A DNA stretch of 64,000 nucleotides from an uncultured delta proteobacterium (GTDB taxonomy: Bacteria > Desulfobacterota > Binatia > UBA9968). The position numbers and the translations under genes are program-made. Positions 10,567-22,443 of this stretch are shown piece after piece (the stretch's first letter is position 1; each line of letters begins with the position of its first letter). The stretch is taken from NCBI GenBank assembly GCA_963804165.1, contig CAWDPO010000015.1:64001-128000 (forward strand). Direction: 5' to 3'. The notes beneath the pieces were generated by a model. That model was not told the DNA's origin, made no database searches, and saw only the letters and a program-made list of their open reading frames with translations.

Positions 10567-11589
10567 ATGCTCTTGATGGTCGCGGCGCGACACAAATTAT
10601 TCACCCTCGTGTTCGTGGGCGTGTTCGTGATCGTGGCGAACGGCACGGGCGCTCGACGAGATTCATTCGGCGCCGACGTTGCGCTGCGCGTCGGCTATCC
10701 GCAGCCAAGCGGGGCGATGCTGCCGCTCTGGCTAGTCAGTGAAGCCAAGCTCGATCGAAAATACGGCGTGCCGGTGCAGAATATTTTTATTTCCGGCGCC
10801 GCGCGGATGAATCAATCGATGGTCGCCGGCGATATCGATCTCGCCAGCATCGGCGGCGCCGTGGTGAATACCGTCTTGGCCGGCGGTGACTTGGTCGCCA
10901 TCGCCGTGGGCGTGCCGACCTACGGTTTTTCTCTTTACGCCCGACCCGAGGTGAAGGACATCGCCAGCCTGCACGGCAAAGTCGTCGGCATCATGAGCAA
11001 GGGTGCTTCCTCGGAGCACGCCGTCATCGCGCTGCTGCAGCGTCACAACCTGCAACCCGGCAAGGACGTGAAGTTTATCTATCTCGGCGGCGTGCGCGAA
11101 GTGCTGGCGGCCATCGAGCGCGGCATCGTTTCCGCCGGCGTATTGTCGTCGCCGACGACTCTGGCGGCTCGTCGCCTGGGTCAAAAAGAATTGGTGAACA
11201 TCGCATCGCTCAATTTGCCCTACATGCACAGCGGCGTGGCAACCCGGCGCGTCTTTACGCGCGCCAGCAACCGGAAGCCGTGAAGGCTTATCTGCGGGCC
11301 TATATCGCCGCGATCAAGATCGCCAATGAAGATGCCGAGACCAGCAAGCGCGCGCTGAGCCGCTATCTCGTGACCAGCGACAGCGCGATTCTGGACGAAG
11401 CTTATCAAACTTTTCGGGGAATTTTTCCGCGCGTGCCTTACGTCACCGAGGAGTACATCAAGTCGGTCATCGCTGTTGTCGGACAATCCCAAGGCGGCCG
11501 GCGCCAACCCCAAGGATTTTTTTGACAGCCGATTTTTGAAAGAGATCGAAGACAGCGGCTTTGTCCAGGATCTTTATGGCCGGCGTTAG
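10567..11589 (+). CDS. SsuA/NMT1-like ABC substrate-binding protein (split by indels)
   Basis: Signal peptide, RVGYPQPSG, L.GK.VG, C-terminal FFDSRFLKEIEDSGFV..LY. Confidence 0.8.
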
Positions 11590-11640
11590 CTTCTTCTCGG
11601 ATCGCTACAGCGCCGAGGTTCGCATAATTCCGAATTCGTT

Positions 11641-12619
11641 TTGGTGTTGTCGGATGGTTGGCAATCGCAGCGCATGTTTTGCCATTCGGTTTTTGCCTGC
11701 CGCGCCCAACGCACGGCTAACCGCGTCGGCTATCCGCAGCCGAGTGGCGCGATGCTGCCGATCTGGGTCATGGCTGAGGCCAAGCTCGACCAGAAATACG
11801 GCGTCGAGCTGCAAAATATTTATATTTCCGGCGGCGCGCGGCTGACTCAAACGGTCGTCTCCGGCGACATCGATATCGCCGCCACCGGCGGCGCAGTGGT
11901 CAACGCGGTGTTGAGCGGCGCCGAACTTGTTTACATCGCGTCCGGCGTGCCGACTTATGGTTTTTCTTTGTATGCCCGTGCCGATGTGAAGGATGTGCCG
12001 TCGCTTAAAGGCAAAGTCGTCGGTCTGATGACCAAGGGCGCTTCGACGGATCATGGCATGACGGCGCTGTTACGCCAGTACAACTTCGTTCCGGTCAGGA
12101 TGTCAAAGTTTTATATCTCGGTGGCGTGCGCGAGGGGTTGGCGGCGCTGGACCGCGGCATCGTCGCGGCGACGACGATTTCGGCGCCGACGACACTCATG
12201 GCGCGGCGGCTGGGCTACAAGGAGTTGGTGAATTTCGCGACTCTGAAAATTCCCTACATGCAGCTGGGCATGGTCGTCGCGCCGGTCGTTACTGCGCCAA
12301 CAGCCGGAGCGGATGAAAGCTTTTCTCAAAGCGTATGTCGCGGCGATCAAAGTGGTCAACGAAGATGCGACACCAGCAAGCGGGCGCTGGCGAAATATCT
12401 GGCGACGAACGATGGCGCGATCATCGAGGAGGCCTACCAGGCCTATCGCGGCATCTATCCGAAAGTACCCTATACCACCGAGGAGCAGATCGTTCGATCC
12501 TGGCGGTCGCCGATCACCCGAAGGCCGCCGCCGCCGACCCCAAAGAGTTCTTTGACAACCGCTTCATTAAAGAGTTAGAAGATACAGGATTCATCAAGGA
12601 ACTTTACGGTCAACGCTAA
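11641..12619 (+). CDS. SsuA/NMT1-like ABC substrate-binding protein, tandem paralog (split by indels; start uncertain)
   Basis: Highly similar to 10567 gene; ends FFDNRFIKELEDTGFIKELYGQR. Confidence 0.8.
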
Positions 12620-12636
12620 TCGAGAAAGCAAGGCCA

Positions 12637-13640
12637 ATGAGCAAGGCGAACCGCTCTGCGACGTCGATTTCATTGGCGCTGTTGATCGTCGTGGCCACTC
12701 ACATGTACAGGCGCGGCGGCGCCGGACAAGCTCGTCGGTATCCATTCCGCCCGCGTCATGTCGCAATCCTTTCCCTGGATGGCGCAGGAAGCGGGCTTGT
12801 TCAAGAAATACAATCTCGATTTCAATTTGGTGTTTATTTCCTCGTCGGGCATCGTTACCGCCGCATTGCTCGGCGGCGATGCCGAGATGACCATCACCGG
12901 CGGCATCGGCAACGTCGCGGCTTATGTCAGAGGCTCGACGGACATCGTTTTCACCGGCGGCATCAAAAACATCATGACGCAAACCCTGGTGGCCGGCGGC
13001 AATATCAAAAGGCCGGAAGATCTGAAGGGCAAGCGGATCGGCGTCAGCCGGATCGGCGGCAACTCGCATTATTTTACGATCCAGGCGCTGCGCCGCTTCG
13101 GCATGGAGCCCAACCGCGACTACAGTTTTCTCCAAACCGGCGGCGATCCCGAAACCTTCGCGGCGTTGATGAGCGGGCTCGCTTGAAGTGGCCAACTTGA
13201 CGCCGCCGACCGATGCCCAAGCGATTGCCAAGGGCTATCATTATGTAATTTACGGTCCGGATTTAAAGATTCCTTACGTCGGCAACGGCGTTTGTCACCA
13301 AGCGCTCGGTGATGGCCAAGCGGCCGCAATGGTCGCCAATTTCATGCGCGCCATGGCGGAGACTTCCAAGATGGTGCACACCGACCGCGAGTTTGTTTAC
13401 AAAGTGCTGGGCAAATATCTTCGCGTTACCGACCGCAGCCGTCCTCGATTCGGCTTACAACGCCGAGATCAAAGCGCTGGAACCGCGCTTGGTGATCAAG
13501 CTCGAATCCTTGCAAGCGATTCTCGACGAGCTGGCGCCCACCGAGCCGGCCAAGATGTCAACCGCAGGAAATGATCGATAACCGTTATCTGGATGAATGA
13601 AAAGAGCGGCTTCATGGATCAGCTGTGGAGCAGGAAGTGA
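12637..13640 (+). CDS. SsuA/NMT1-like ABC substrate-binding protein (split by indels)
   Basis: WMAQEAGLFKKYNLD, DLKGKRIGVSRIG motifs. Confidence 0.8.
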
Positions 13641-13773
13641 TGGGCTGTTAACCACGAGTGAATCCAGACCGATGAGCGGGCGAAGAACTGGAACCGATGC
13701 GGTTAAATGATATGGAAAAGAGTGGATTTTTCGATCAACTATGGGCTAAAAGATAAGATAAAGAGGAGGAGCT

Positions 13774-14916
13774 ATGGAACAATCAATTGTCTCGTCGGAT
13801 TCTCACGTGATCGAAGTGCCGGATCTTTGGGAAAAGGGTATGCCGCGTCGCTTCAAGGAGCGCGCGCCAAAGACGTTCTTCGACGAAAAGCGCGACGCCT
13901 GGATGTTCGGTTCGCCGGAAGTGCAGATTCAAGCCGTCGGCGGGTTGTTCATGGCCGGCCAGCAGCCCGAGAATCTAGAGAAGTTTCGCAAGGCGGGCTT
14001 CGCCGTGGCGCGCCCCGGCGGCTGGGATCCGATCGAACGCCAGGCCGACATGGTCACCGACGGCGTTGCGGCTGAAGTGCTCTATCCGAGCTTGGGCTCG
14101 GCTTGTTCTGCGTCGAGGATGCCGCACTGCAAGAAGGCCTGTTTCGAACTTACAACGACTGGATCATCGATTACTGCCAAAAAGTTCCGGATCGTTTGTT
14201 CGGCATCGCGCTGATCTCCATGTACAACGTCGATCACGCCATCGCCGAGATGGAACGCTGCAAGAAAGCAGGGGCATCGTCGGCACGATGATCTGGCAGG
14301 TGCCGCATCCGAAGTTTGCCGTTCACCTCGGATCATTATGAGCGCTTCTGGGCGGCGTCGCAGGATCTCGACTTGCCGGTGCATCTGCACATCTTGACCG
14401 GTTTCGGCGACAGCATGCACCGCCAGACCAGCCACGGCATCAAACGCTACCGCATCGGCGTGCAACAGACCCGCGAAATCGAAAACGCGCTGTTCGAAAT
14501 GATTTTTCCCGGTGTGCTCGAACGTTATCCCAAGACTGAAGATCGTCTCGGTGGAAAACGAAGATGGGCTGGATGCCGTTCTGGTTGGGCAAGTGCGACA
14601 AAGGCTTACAAACGCCATCGCCACTCGGAAAAAGTCCAGATGAGCAAGTTGCCGAGCGAGTATTTCGCCGAGCAGATTTACGCGACTTTTTTTAACGACC
14701 TGGTCGGCGGCAAGATGTTCTCCTGGTGGGGCGTGGACAACTGCATGTGGTCCAACGATTATCCGCATCAGAATTCCACTTGGCCGAACTCCCGCGCGGT
14801 CATCGAGCGCGATATGGCCGCAACTGTCCGCTGCGGACCGCGAGAAATTGCTCAATACCAACGTGCGCAAGCTATACAAATTGAACGCGCCGGCTTCGTT
14901 GCCGAAGGCGGCGTAA
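13774..14916 (+). CDS. Amidohydrolase 2 family protein (split by indels)
   Basis: SSDSHVIE, VHLH, MWSNDYPH motifs; GAGGAG RBS. Confidence 0.85.
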
Positions 14917-14960
14917 GATCGCGCAGCCGACTTCAGTGACCATTTCATCGAGGAACGTTT

Positions 14961-15981
14961 ATGGAATTACGTGATGCCATAAAAGTTTTGGATTCCGACG
15001 CCCATGCGCGCGATCTCGACAACGATATCAAACCCTATCTGCCCGAGCCCTATCGCAATCAAAAAGCGTCCTTAATTCCCGAGCGAGCATTACGATCGCA
15101 ATCTCGGCGGCACATTCGGCCGAGCCGCCGCGAAGGTCGAAGAGCGGTTGGCGGCGATGGACACCCAGCAGATCGACACCGCGGTGATGTTTCCCACCAG
15201 CGGTTTGGGCATCGGCCGGGTGCGCGAGCCGCAATTTCAAGCCGCGCTTTGCCGGGCCTACAACGATTTCATCTCGGACTACTGCAAGGCGTCGCCGCGC
15301 TTGAAAGCGGTGGCGAATCTGCCGGTGAACGATCCGGCCGAATGCGCCAAGGAGCTCAATCGCGCCGTCACCAAGCTGGGTTTATGCGGCGGCATGCTGG
15401 TGGCGCAGGCGCACCGCAAGAATCTCGGCAGCGCGGAATTCTATCCGCTCTACGAAGAGGCGCAGCGGTTGAACACGCCGGTGACCATTCATGCCTTCGG
15501 CGGCGACGAGCCGGGCAGCGAAATTTTCGATCAGTTTATTTGCCTGCATACCTGCGGCCATCCGTTTCCGGTGCTGCGCCAACTGACGGCGATGGTGTTC
15601 GGCGGCATTCCGGAGATGTTTCCCAAAGCTGAAGTCGGCTATCTCGAAGTCGGCTGCGGCTGGCTGCCCTATTGGGCCGAGCGCATGGACGAAGAGTGGG
15701 AGAAGCGCGGCAAGGTCGAAGCGCCGCTGTGCAAAAAGAAACCGAGCGAATATTTGTTCAGTGAGAACAGCTACTACGGCTGCGAGCCGGAAGAGAAGAT
15801 GATCAGCTACGTCGCCAATGAGATCGGCTCCAAGACGCTGATGTACGCGTCGGATTATCCGCACTGGGACATGAGCTGGCCGGAGTCCGGCAGCATTCTG
15901 TGGGCGCGGGAAGACATTTCCCTCGACGCGAAAAAGGATATCCTGCTCAACAACGCCAAGCGATTTTACAATTTGTCATAG
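14961..15981 (+). CDS. Amidohydrolase 2 family protein (indel near 5' end)
   Basis: DSDAH, IHA, LEVG.GW, YASDYPHWD; paralog of 8494 gene. Confidence 0.85.
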
Positions 15982-16007
15982 TCGCGCTTGGGCAACAGCT
16001 TAAGCTC

Positions 16008-16095
16008 TGTCATCCTGAGCGAAGCGAAGGATCTAGCACGCATCGGATGGAACGCGGATTAGATTCTTCGTCGCTTTCAGCTCCTCAGAATGACA
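16008..16095. repeat. REP-like palindromic element (TGTCATCCTGAG...CAGAATGACA)
   Basis: Imperfect inverted arms; related copy at 20432-20518. Confidence 0.75.
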
Positions 16096-16156
16096 AACGA
16101 GGGAGCCAGGGCATTTTCGCATATGATTTTAACTGCATAAGAAAGAGGAGTTGAAA

Positions 16157-17891
16157 ATGATTCAAACCAAAGGATTGACCGGAGCGCAGTCGATGCTGCG
16201 CGTGCTCGCAAAGATGGGCGTAGAGAAAATTTTCGCATCGCCGGGATCGGAATGGTCGCCGCTGTGGGAAGCGTTGGCGGAGCCGGGCGTCGAAGGCATG
16301 CCGCAATATTAAAGCACGCGCCATGAAGAGATCGCCGTCGGCATGGCGAGCGGTTATGCCAAGTCGACGGGCAAGCTGCCGGCGGTAATGATTCACACCA
16401 CGGTGGGTTCGCTGCATGCGACCATGGGGATGCGCGCCGCGATGCACGAGCAGGTGCCGATGGTGGTCTTTGGCGGCGAGTCGATCGGCTTTGGCGAAGA
16501 CGAAGGGCCGGATCCAGGGGCTCAGTGGCTGGGCCATCTCTCTAATATGGGCGGTCCGGCAAAGCTGGTCGATCAAACGGTCAAATGGAGCTTCGGCGTC
16601 AACACCAAGGCGATTTTGCCGGCGACCATGCAGCGCGCTTGCCGCCTGGCGATGGCGGACGCGCAAAGGGCCGACGTTCGTGTCGATGCCGATGGAATAT
16701 CTGTTCGACAACATGACCAAGGATGTGCCGTGGGATCTCGGATTCGCGCCCGGGCGACCGCCGATCCGAAAGGCATCGAAGAGCTCGCGAATTTGCTCGC
16801 CGGCGCGAAGAATCCGGTGATCGTCACCGAGGATGCCGGCCGCACGGAGAAATCGGTGAATTGCCTGGTCGAGATCGCCGAGCTGCTGGGCTGTGCGGTC
16901 GTCGAGACCCGCAGCACGGGTGCGCTCAACATTCCGCGCACCCATGCGCTGCACAGCGGCTACGATCCGCGCAAGGCCTTAGCGGGCGCGGACGTGATTT
17001 TTCTCTTGCGGTCATCGCGCCGTGGCATCCGGCTTCGATCACGCCTTCGCAGGGCGCGACGGTCGCGATTCTCGATGAGAATCCGCTGCGCCTCGATATG
17101 CCGTACTACGGCTATCAGGCGGATCTCTGCCTGACCGGCGAGATCGAGTGGTCGCTGGAGCATCTGCTCGCGGCGTTAAAGAAGAAAGTTTCGGCGGGAG
17201 ATTCGTCGCGCAAGCAGCGCGCGGAAGAAATCGGCAAGAAAAACAACGCGCAGAGAAAAGCGTGGCGCGATGAGGCGATCGCGCTCGCCAGTCAGAAGCC
17301 GATGGACACCCGCTGGGTGGCCCACGAGATGAGCCAGGTTTTGCCAAGCGACGCGATGGTGGTCGAAGAGACCATCACGCATCGTCTGGCGGTGCATCGC
17401 TACCTCGACAAGGTCACGCCAGGATCGTTTTTTGCCGGTTGCATCGGCGGTCTGGGCACCGGCCTTTCGACCGCGTTGGGAGTGAAATCGGCCAATCCGA
17501 AACGGCCGGTGATCTGCCTGATCGGCGACGGCTCGTTTAACTACGATCCGGTCCCCGCCGTGTACGGCGCGGCCCAGGAGCATAACCTGCCGTTCCTGAC
17601 GATCATGTTTAACAACCAGGGTTATCTGTCGCAGAAATCAGGTATTCCGAGATATTATCCGGAGGTTGGGCGGTCAAGTCCAAGAATTTTTCCGGGCTAC
17701 ACATCGCGCCGTGCCCGGAATACTCGCAGATGATCAAAGCCTTTGACGGCTACGGCGAGAAAGTCGAAGAGCCGGGTGAAGTGCGCAAAGCGATCGAGCG
17801 CGGCCTGCGCGCGGTGGCCGGCGGACAGTCGGCGCTGCTCGATATCCGGCTGAAACCGGTCGAGGAGATCGTCGAGCGGGGAGAAGGGTAG
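16157..17891 (+). CDS. Thiamine pyrophosphate-dependent enzyme (acetolactate synthase/benzoylformate decarboxylase-like; split by indels)
   Basis: PGSE, RHEE, GYAK.TGK, HTTVG, GDGSF..(N)NQGY TPP motif. Confidence 0.85.
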
Positions 17892-18068
17892 TTGGTCAAG
17901 AAAATTTGATTCGTAAGGCGACCGTGCCGGGCTATGTTCGATGTCAGAGTCGGACATCGCCCTTGTTGTTTCAAGTTAGGAATCTAGATCGCTATGTAAA
18001 AGTTATCCTTCTTTGACAACAACCCCACGTCATTCGATAGCATAGTGCCGGGCACTTGAGAGCAACCC

Positions 18069-18794
18069 ATGAATAAGACGTTTCACGATCAGTTGATCGC
18101 GACGCGCGACAAAAATCACAGCAAGAACCATCCGTTTTTCGATCTCTGGGCAGCCGGTAAGCTCACCAAGGAGCAGACGGCTTTTTATTGCACGCAGCAC
18201 TTTCATTATGTCGGCGAATATCTGAATTGGCTGGCCTATGAGGCGTCGCAGATTCCTCAGCGCGACGTAAGGCATTACCTGTTCGAAAATCTTGGCGACG
18301 AGGAGAACCCCGACGACCGCCACTTGGACATGTTGAAAGACTACGTCGCGGCGAGCGGCGTCGATCGCGATAGTGTCGAAACTTCGATCTTTTGCCGGGC
18401 ACGGATCAGTTGCAGAACTGGGGATGGCGGATGGTCTATCACAAACCCTGGCAGGCCGCGCTGGCGGGCATGTTCATCGGTTTGGAGTCCCAGTTCCTGG
18501 ATATTTGTAAAAAGATCGTGCCGGCGTTGCACAAACACTATGGCTACAAACCGCGCGCCCGCGAGATCCGTTTTTTCGAAGAACATATTTATGCCGATGA
18601 AATTCATGGCTCCAAAGGATTCGCGATCGTCGAGAAATATTGCGACTACGGCGGAGCTGCAGGCGCTCGCCATAAAGCAGATCGAAGAAGCGACGGTCCG
18701 GCGCTGGCGTTACATGAACAACATTTACTGGTATGCGTTGCACGGCAAGGTCGACGACACGCCGGCGTTGCCGCGTAGCTTTTTCTACGACTGA
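18069..18794 (+). CDS. Heme-oxygenase-like diiron enzyme (TenA/PqqC/CADD-like; two compensating indels)
   Basis: HPFF, ENLGDEE..H, GLESQ, FFEEH..ADE.H diiron ligand pattern. Confidence 0.8.
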   Translation: MNKTFHDQLIATRDKNHSKNHPFFDLWAAGKLTKEQTAFYCTQHFHYVGEYLNWLAYEASQIPQRDVRHYLFENLGDEENPDDRHLDMLKDYVAASGVDRDSVETSIFCRARISCRTGDGGWSITNPGRPRWRACSSVWSPSSWIFVKRSCRRCTNTMATNRAPARSVFSKNIFMPMKFMAPKDSRSSRNIATTAELQALAIKQIEEATVRRWRYMNNIYWYALHGKVDDTPALPRSFFYD

Positions 18795-18883
18795 ATGTGT
18801 TCGCCCTTCGGAGAGGGAAGAGTGAGGGCGCACGATAGACAGGTTTCCCTCACTGTGCAAGAAAATCAAAAAAGGACGTCATC

Positions 18884-20334
18884 ATGAGTATTCGCATTGA
18901 CGGTGGCGTAGTCGTGGGCTGGTCCGGCACGGGCCATGAGATATTCCTAACGGTTCGGTCTTGATCGACGGCAACAGGATTAAGTCAGTCGGCACCGATA
19001 AGTCACCAGCCGCCGACCGCGTCATCGACGCAGCGGGAAAGATCGTTTGCCCCGGTTTTATCAATCTGCATGTGCACTCGCAGCTCAATGTCGGCGATTA
19101 TCTGCTGACCGATGTCACCAAGAAAGATTATCTTGCCGCCAACTGGTTTGTCTTCGGCGCGCCGTTGAAAGAAAAAGTCGAACCACCAGCGCCGCCGGCG
19201 GTGGCGATGGGACGGAAGTATGCGCTTTACAGCGCGCTGCAGAAACGGCGCGACGACCGTCCTCGATCCCGGCGGCGGCCCGGGCGCGCTCGATGATTAT
19301 GTCGCCATCGTCGGACAAACCGGCGGGCGGGTATTTTTCAGCCCGCCGTTTCGCAGCCACGATATTTTCACCGACGCCGAGGGGCGGCACTACTATGAAG
19401 AGACGGCCCGACAAAGGACGGCCCGGATTGAAAGTGGCCGTCGACTTCATCAAGAAATTCCACGGCGCTCACAACGGCCGTCTGCAAGGCATTTTAAATC
19501 CGGCGCAGGCGGAAACCTGCGAGCCGTCGCTGTTGAAAGAAATCGGTGGCCGCGGCGAAAGAGTTGGACGTGCCGCTTCATATTCACGCCGGCGGCAACT
19601 TTCGCGAGTTCCTGGAGATTCTAAACAAGTATCGTAAACCGGTGGCCGAGTATCTCGCCGACGTCGGCATCCTCGGGCCGCGCACGACGCTCGGCCATAT
19701 GGCGATCACCGGCGGCCACTCGCGGGTCGATTATCCGCTCGGCGACGAAATGAAGATTCTCGCCGAGACCGGCGCCACCGTCGGCCACTGCCCGCATAAG
19801 TGCGCCAAGATGGCTTTTGCCATGGAATCATTTGACCGGTATCTGGAAGCCGGCGTGCGAATTGGCTTGGGCACGGATACTTATCCCCTCGATATCGTCT
19901 CGGAGATGCGCTACGCGTCGTTGATCTCGCGCCTCGTCGACAGAAAAGCTTCGGGCGCGCGCGCTGCGGATGTCTTTAACGCCGCGACCATCGGGGGCGC
20001 GAATGCGCTCGGCCGCGCCGATTTGGGTCGGCTCGCTGGCGGGGCAAAGGCTGACGTCGTGATTATCAATCTGCGCACCACTCGTTATGGTCCCGTGCGC
20101 GACCCGATCAATGCGCTGGTCGAGTACGGCAGCGGTGTCGACGTCGAAACGGTGATCGTCGACGGTGAGGTGGTGGTCGAGAACGGCCGCTCCACGCGGA
20201 TCAACGACGACGAGTTATTCACGCAGGCGCAAACCGGCGCTAATCGCGCCTGGGATGGTTGGTCGGCGCGCGATTGGAACGGCCGAAGCGTCGACCAAAT
20301 CATCCCGCCGGCGTTTCCGACGAGGAAGATCTGA
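18884..20334 (+). CDS. Amidohydrolase 1 family (chlorohydrolase/deaminase-like; split by indels)
   Basis: PGFINLHVH, LHIH, GLGTD, ATIGGA.ALGR..LG.L..G.KAD motifs. Confidence 0.85.
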
Positions 20335-20416
20335 TCCGCAAGTGCGATTGTTGCTTGCCTCATGCCAGTTCAACGACAGTTTGATACGAATCCAAATACC
20401 GATGCTCTCACCTCGA

Positions 20417-20551
20417 GAGACTGTGTCGCAATGTCATCCTGAGGCGATAGCCGAAGGATCCTGTCTGTCTATGTAAAGGACCACGATGCGAGATTCTTCG
20501 CTGACGCGCAGAATGACATCGAAGCGGCTTTTGCGGTTGCGACACAGCCTC
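20417..20551. mobile_element. 135-bp MITE with 15-bp terminal inverted repeats and CGA target duplication
   Basis: GAGACTGTGTCGCAA (20417-20431) and TTGCGACACAGCCTC (20537-20551), one mismatch; CGA at 20414-20416 and 20552-20554. Confidence 0.7.
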
Positions 20552-20840
20552 CGATGGAGGAGAGTTAGAGTTAGGGGTGATAGTTTCGCACCAAGGCATC
20601 ACCCCCATCTTCATCTTGCCACGTCGAGGGGGAAGAAAGTCTAACCTCGCTCAACGGCGGAACAAAAGGCGTTCCGCTTCTTGCTGCAAAGTCTTGCAAT
20701 TATTTCTGCGCAGAAAGTGAGTTCACTTTCCTTCCGGTCCAAATATTTTCGCAATTCAATTGACCCACCGTGAATTTTCCTGCTATCAGAGTCAAACTTT
20801 CAATTCAGATAGTTAAGTTACTTGACTGGAAAGGTATATA

Positions 20841-22390
20841 ATGCGTTACGGATTTCTCATCGATCAGAATCGTTGCATCGGCTGCCACGCCTGCACGGTG
20901 GCCTGCAAAGAAGAGCACAACATGGCGCTGGGCGTAAATCGGACCTGGGTCAAGTACATCGAGAAAGGCCGTCTATCCCGACACACGGCGCCATTTCGCC
21001 GTGCTGCGCTGCAATCACTGCGACGACGCTCCGTGTATCGAGATTTGCCCGACGGTCGCGCTTTTTCGCCGGCCTGATGGCATCGTCGATTTCGACAACG
21101 AACGCTGCATCGGTTGCAAATCCTGCATGCAGGCCTGTCCTTACGATGCCCTCTACATCGATCCCGACCGCAACACCGCCGCCAAATGTAACTTCGATGC
21201 CTCCCGCGTCGAGATGGGATACAAGCCAGCCTGCGAAGTAGTCTGTCCGACGCAGGCGATTCTTTCCGGCGATCTCGACGATGCGAACAGTCTATCAGCA
21301 AGCGATCGCGAGGAAAAAGTCAGCGTGCGCAAAGCCGGAGAAGGGGACCAAGCCAAAATTGTTCTATGTCGGCGTCGACGGCGACCTGTTGAACCCGACG
21401 ATGATGGAGCCGCAGGCGAGCGCACTTCTGGTCGGACAAATCGCCCGGCGAAGATCTCTATGCTTTAAAAAGCGCCGTTCAGAGCGCGCGATTCCCGGCG
21501 CGGCGCGCGAAGTTTACGACGTGCCGCACGCGACACCGTGGGGAAAGAAGATCGCATCCTATCTGTGGACCAAGTCGATCTCCGCGGGCGTGCTGCTTTT
21601 GTCGGCTTTGTTTTTAAATATGGGATTTGAGCAGGACGCCGTGCTGCTCAATGTGATCAGCCCGGCGCTGTCGCTGCTGTTTCTCGCCGCGACCATGATT
21701 CTTTTGGTTTTGGATCTAAAAAAGCCCGGCCGGTTTTTCTTTCTGCTCACCAAGCCGAATTTGGATTCTTGGCTGGTGTTGGGCGGTTACGTCCTGATGA
21801 TTTTCGGCTTCTTGTTGAGCGGTCTGGCTATTCCAGATTTACACGCGGGCATGGAGTATCGCCTTGGGTTATTTGGCCCGCGGCACCTTCGCCGATTGCG
21901 TCTGCCGGCTATTCGGCCTTTCTTTTCGCCCAGGCGCGCGGCCGCGATTTTTGGCAAAGCCCGATGTTATTTTGGCATCTGCTCGTCAAGGCCGTGCTCG
22001 CGGGCGCAGCGATGCTGATCTTGATCGGCTCATTGGAATTGTCACGCCATATCAATTTGTAAGTCCGCAGCTGTTCGCTTGGCTGGTCAATATTTTGGTG
22101 ATCTGCGCTGCTCGCTAGCGTGGCGATGATTTTCGGCGAGCTGTTCATGAAGCATGGCGCGGAGGATGCCGTGCGAGCCGGCGACCTCTTGCTGAGCGGC
22201 CCGTTGAGCAAATCGTTTTGGCTTTTCGCCGTCGGGCTTGGAATTGTGTTGCCCGTAGGAATTATCCTTCGTGCCCATCGGCTCGCTGATTCCCTTGTAT
22301 ATGGTCGCACGCCGGCCTGGCGCCTTTTCGGCTTATGGATTTACGAGCATCTCTGGATCAGAGCCAGGTCAGGCATTGCCGCTTAGCTGA
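20841..22390 (+). CDS. 4Fe-4S dicluster (DmsB/NrfC-like) fused to NrfD/PsrC-like membrane subunit (split by indels)
   Basis: CIGCHACTVAC, CNHCDDAPC..ICP, CIGCKSCMQACPY, then WG..I..YLW.K, DL.KP.RF and multiple TM helices. Confidence 0.8.
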
Positions 22391-22443
22391 TAAGGAATTA
22401 AGCAATTGAGTCGATAACAGATCCGCCACTCCATCCCGATGCG

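Noticed and set aside
13184-13186. TGA inside the third SBP as a second selenocysteine
   Set aside because: The protein continues in a different frame (..SLEVANLT); this is a one-base indel, not in-frame read-through
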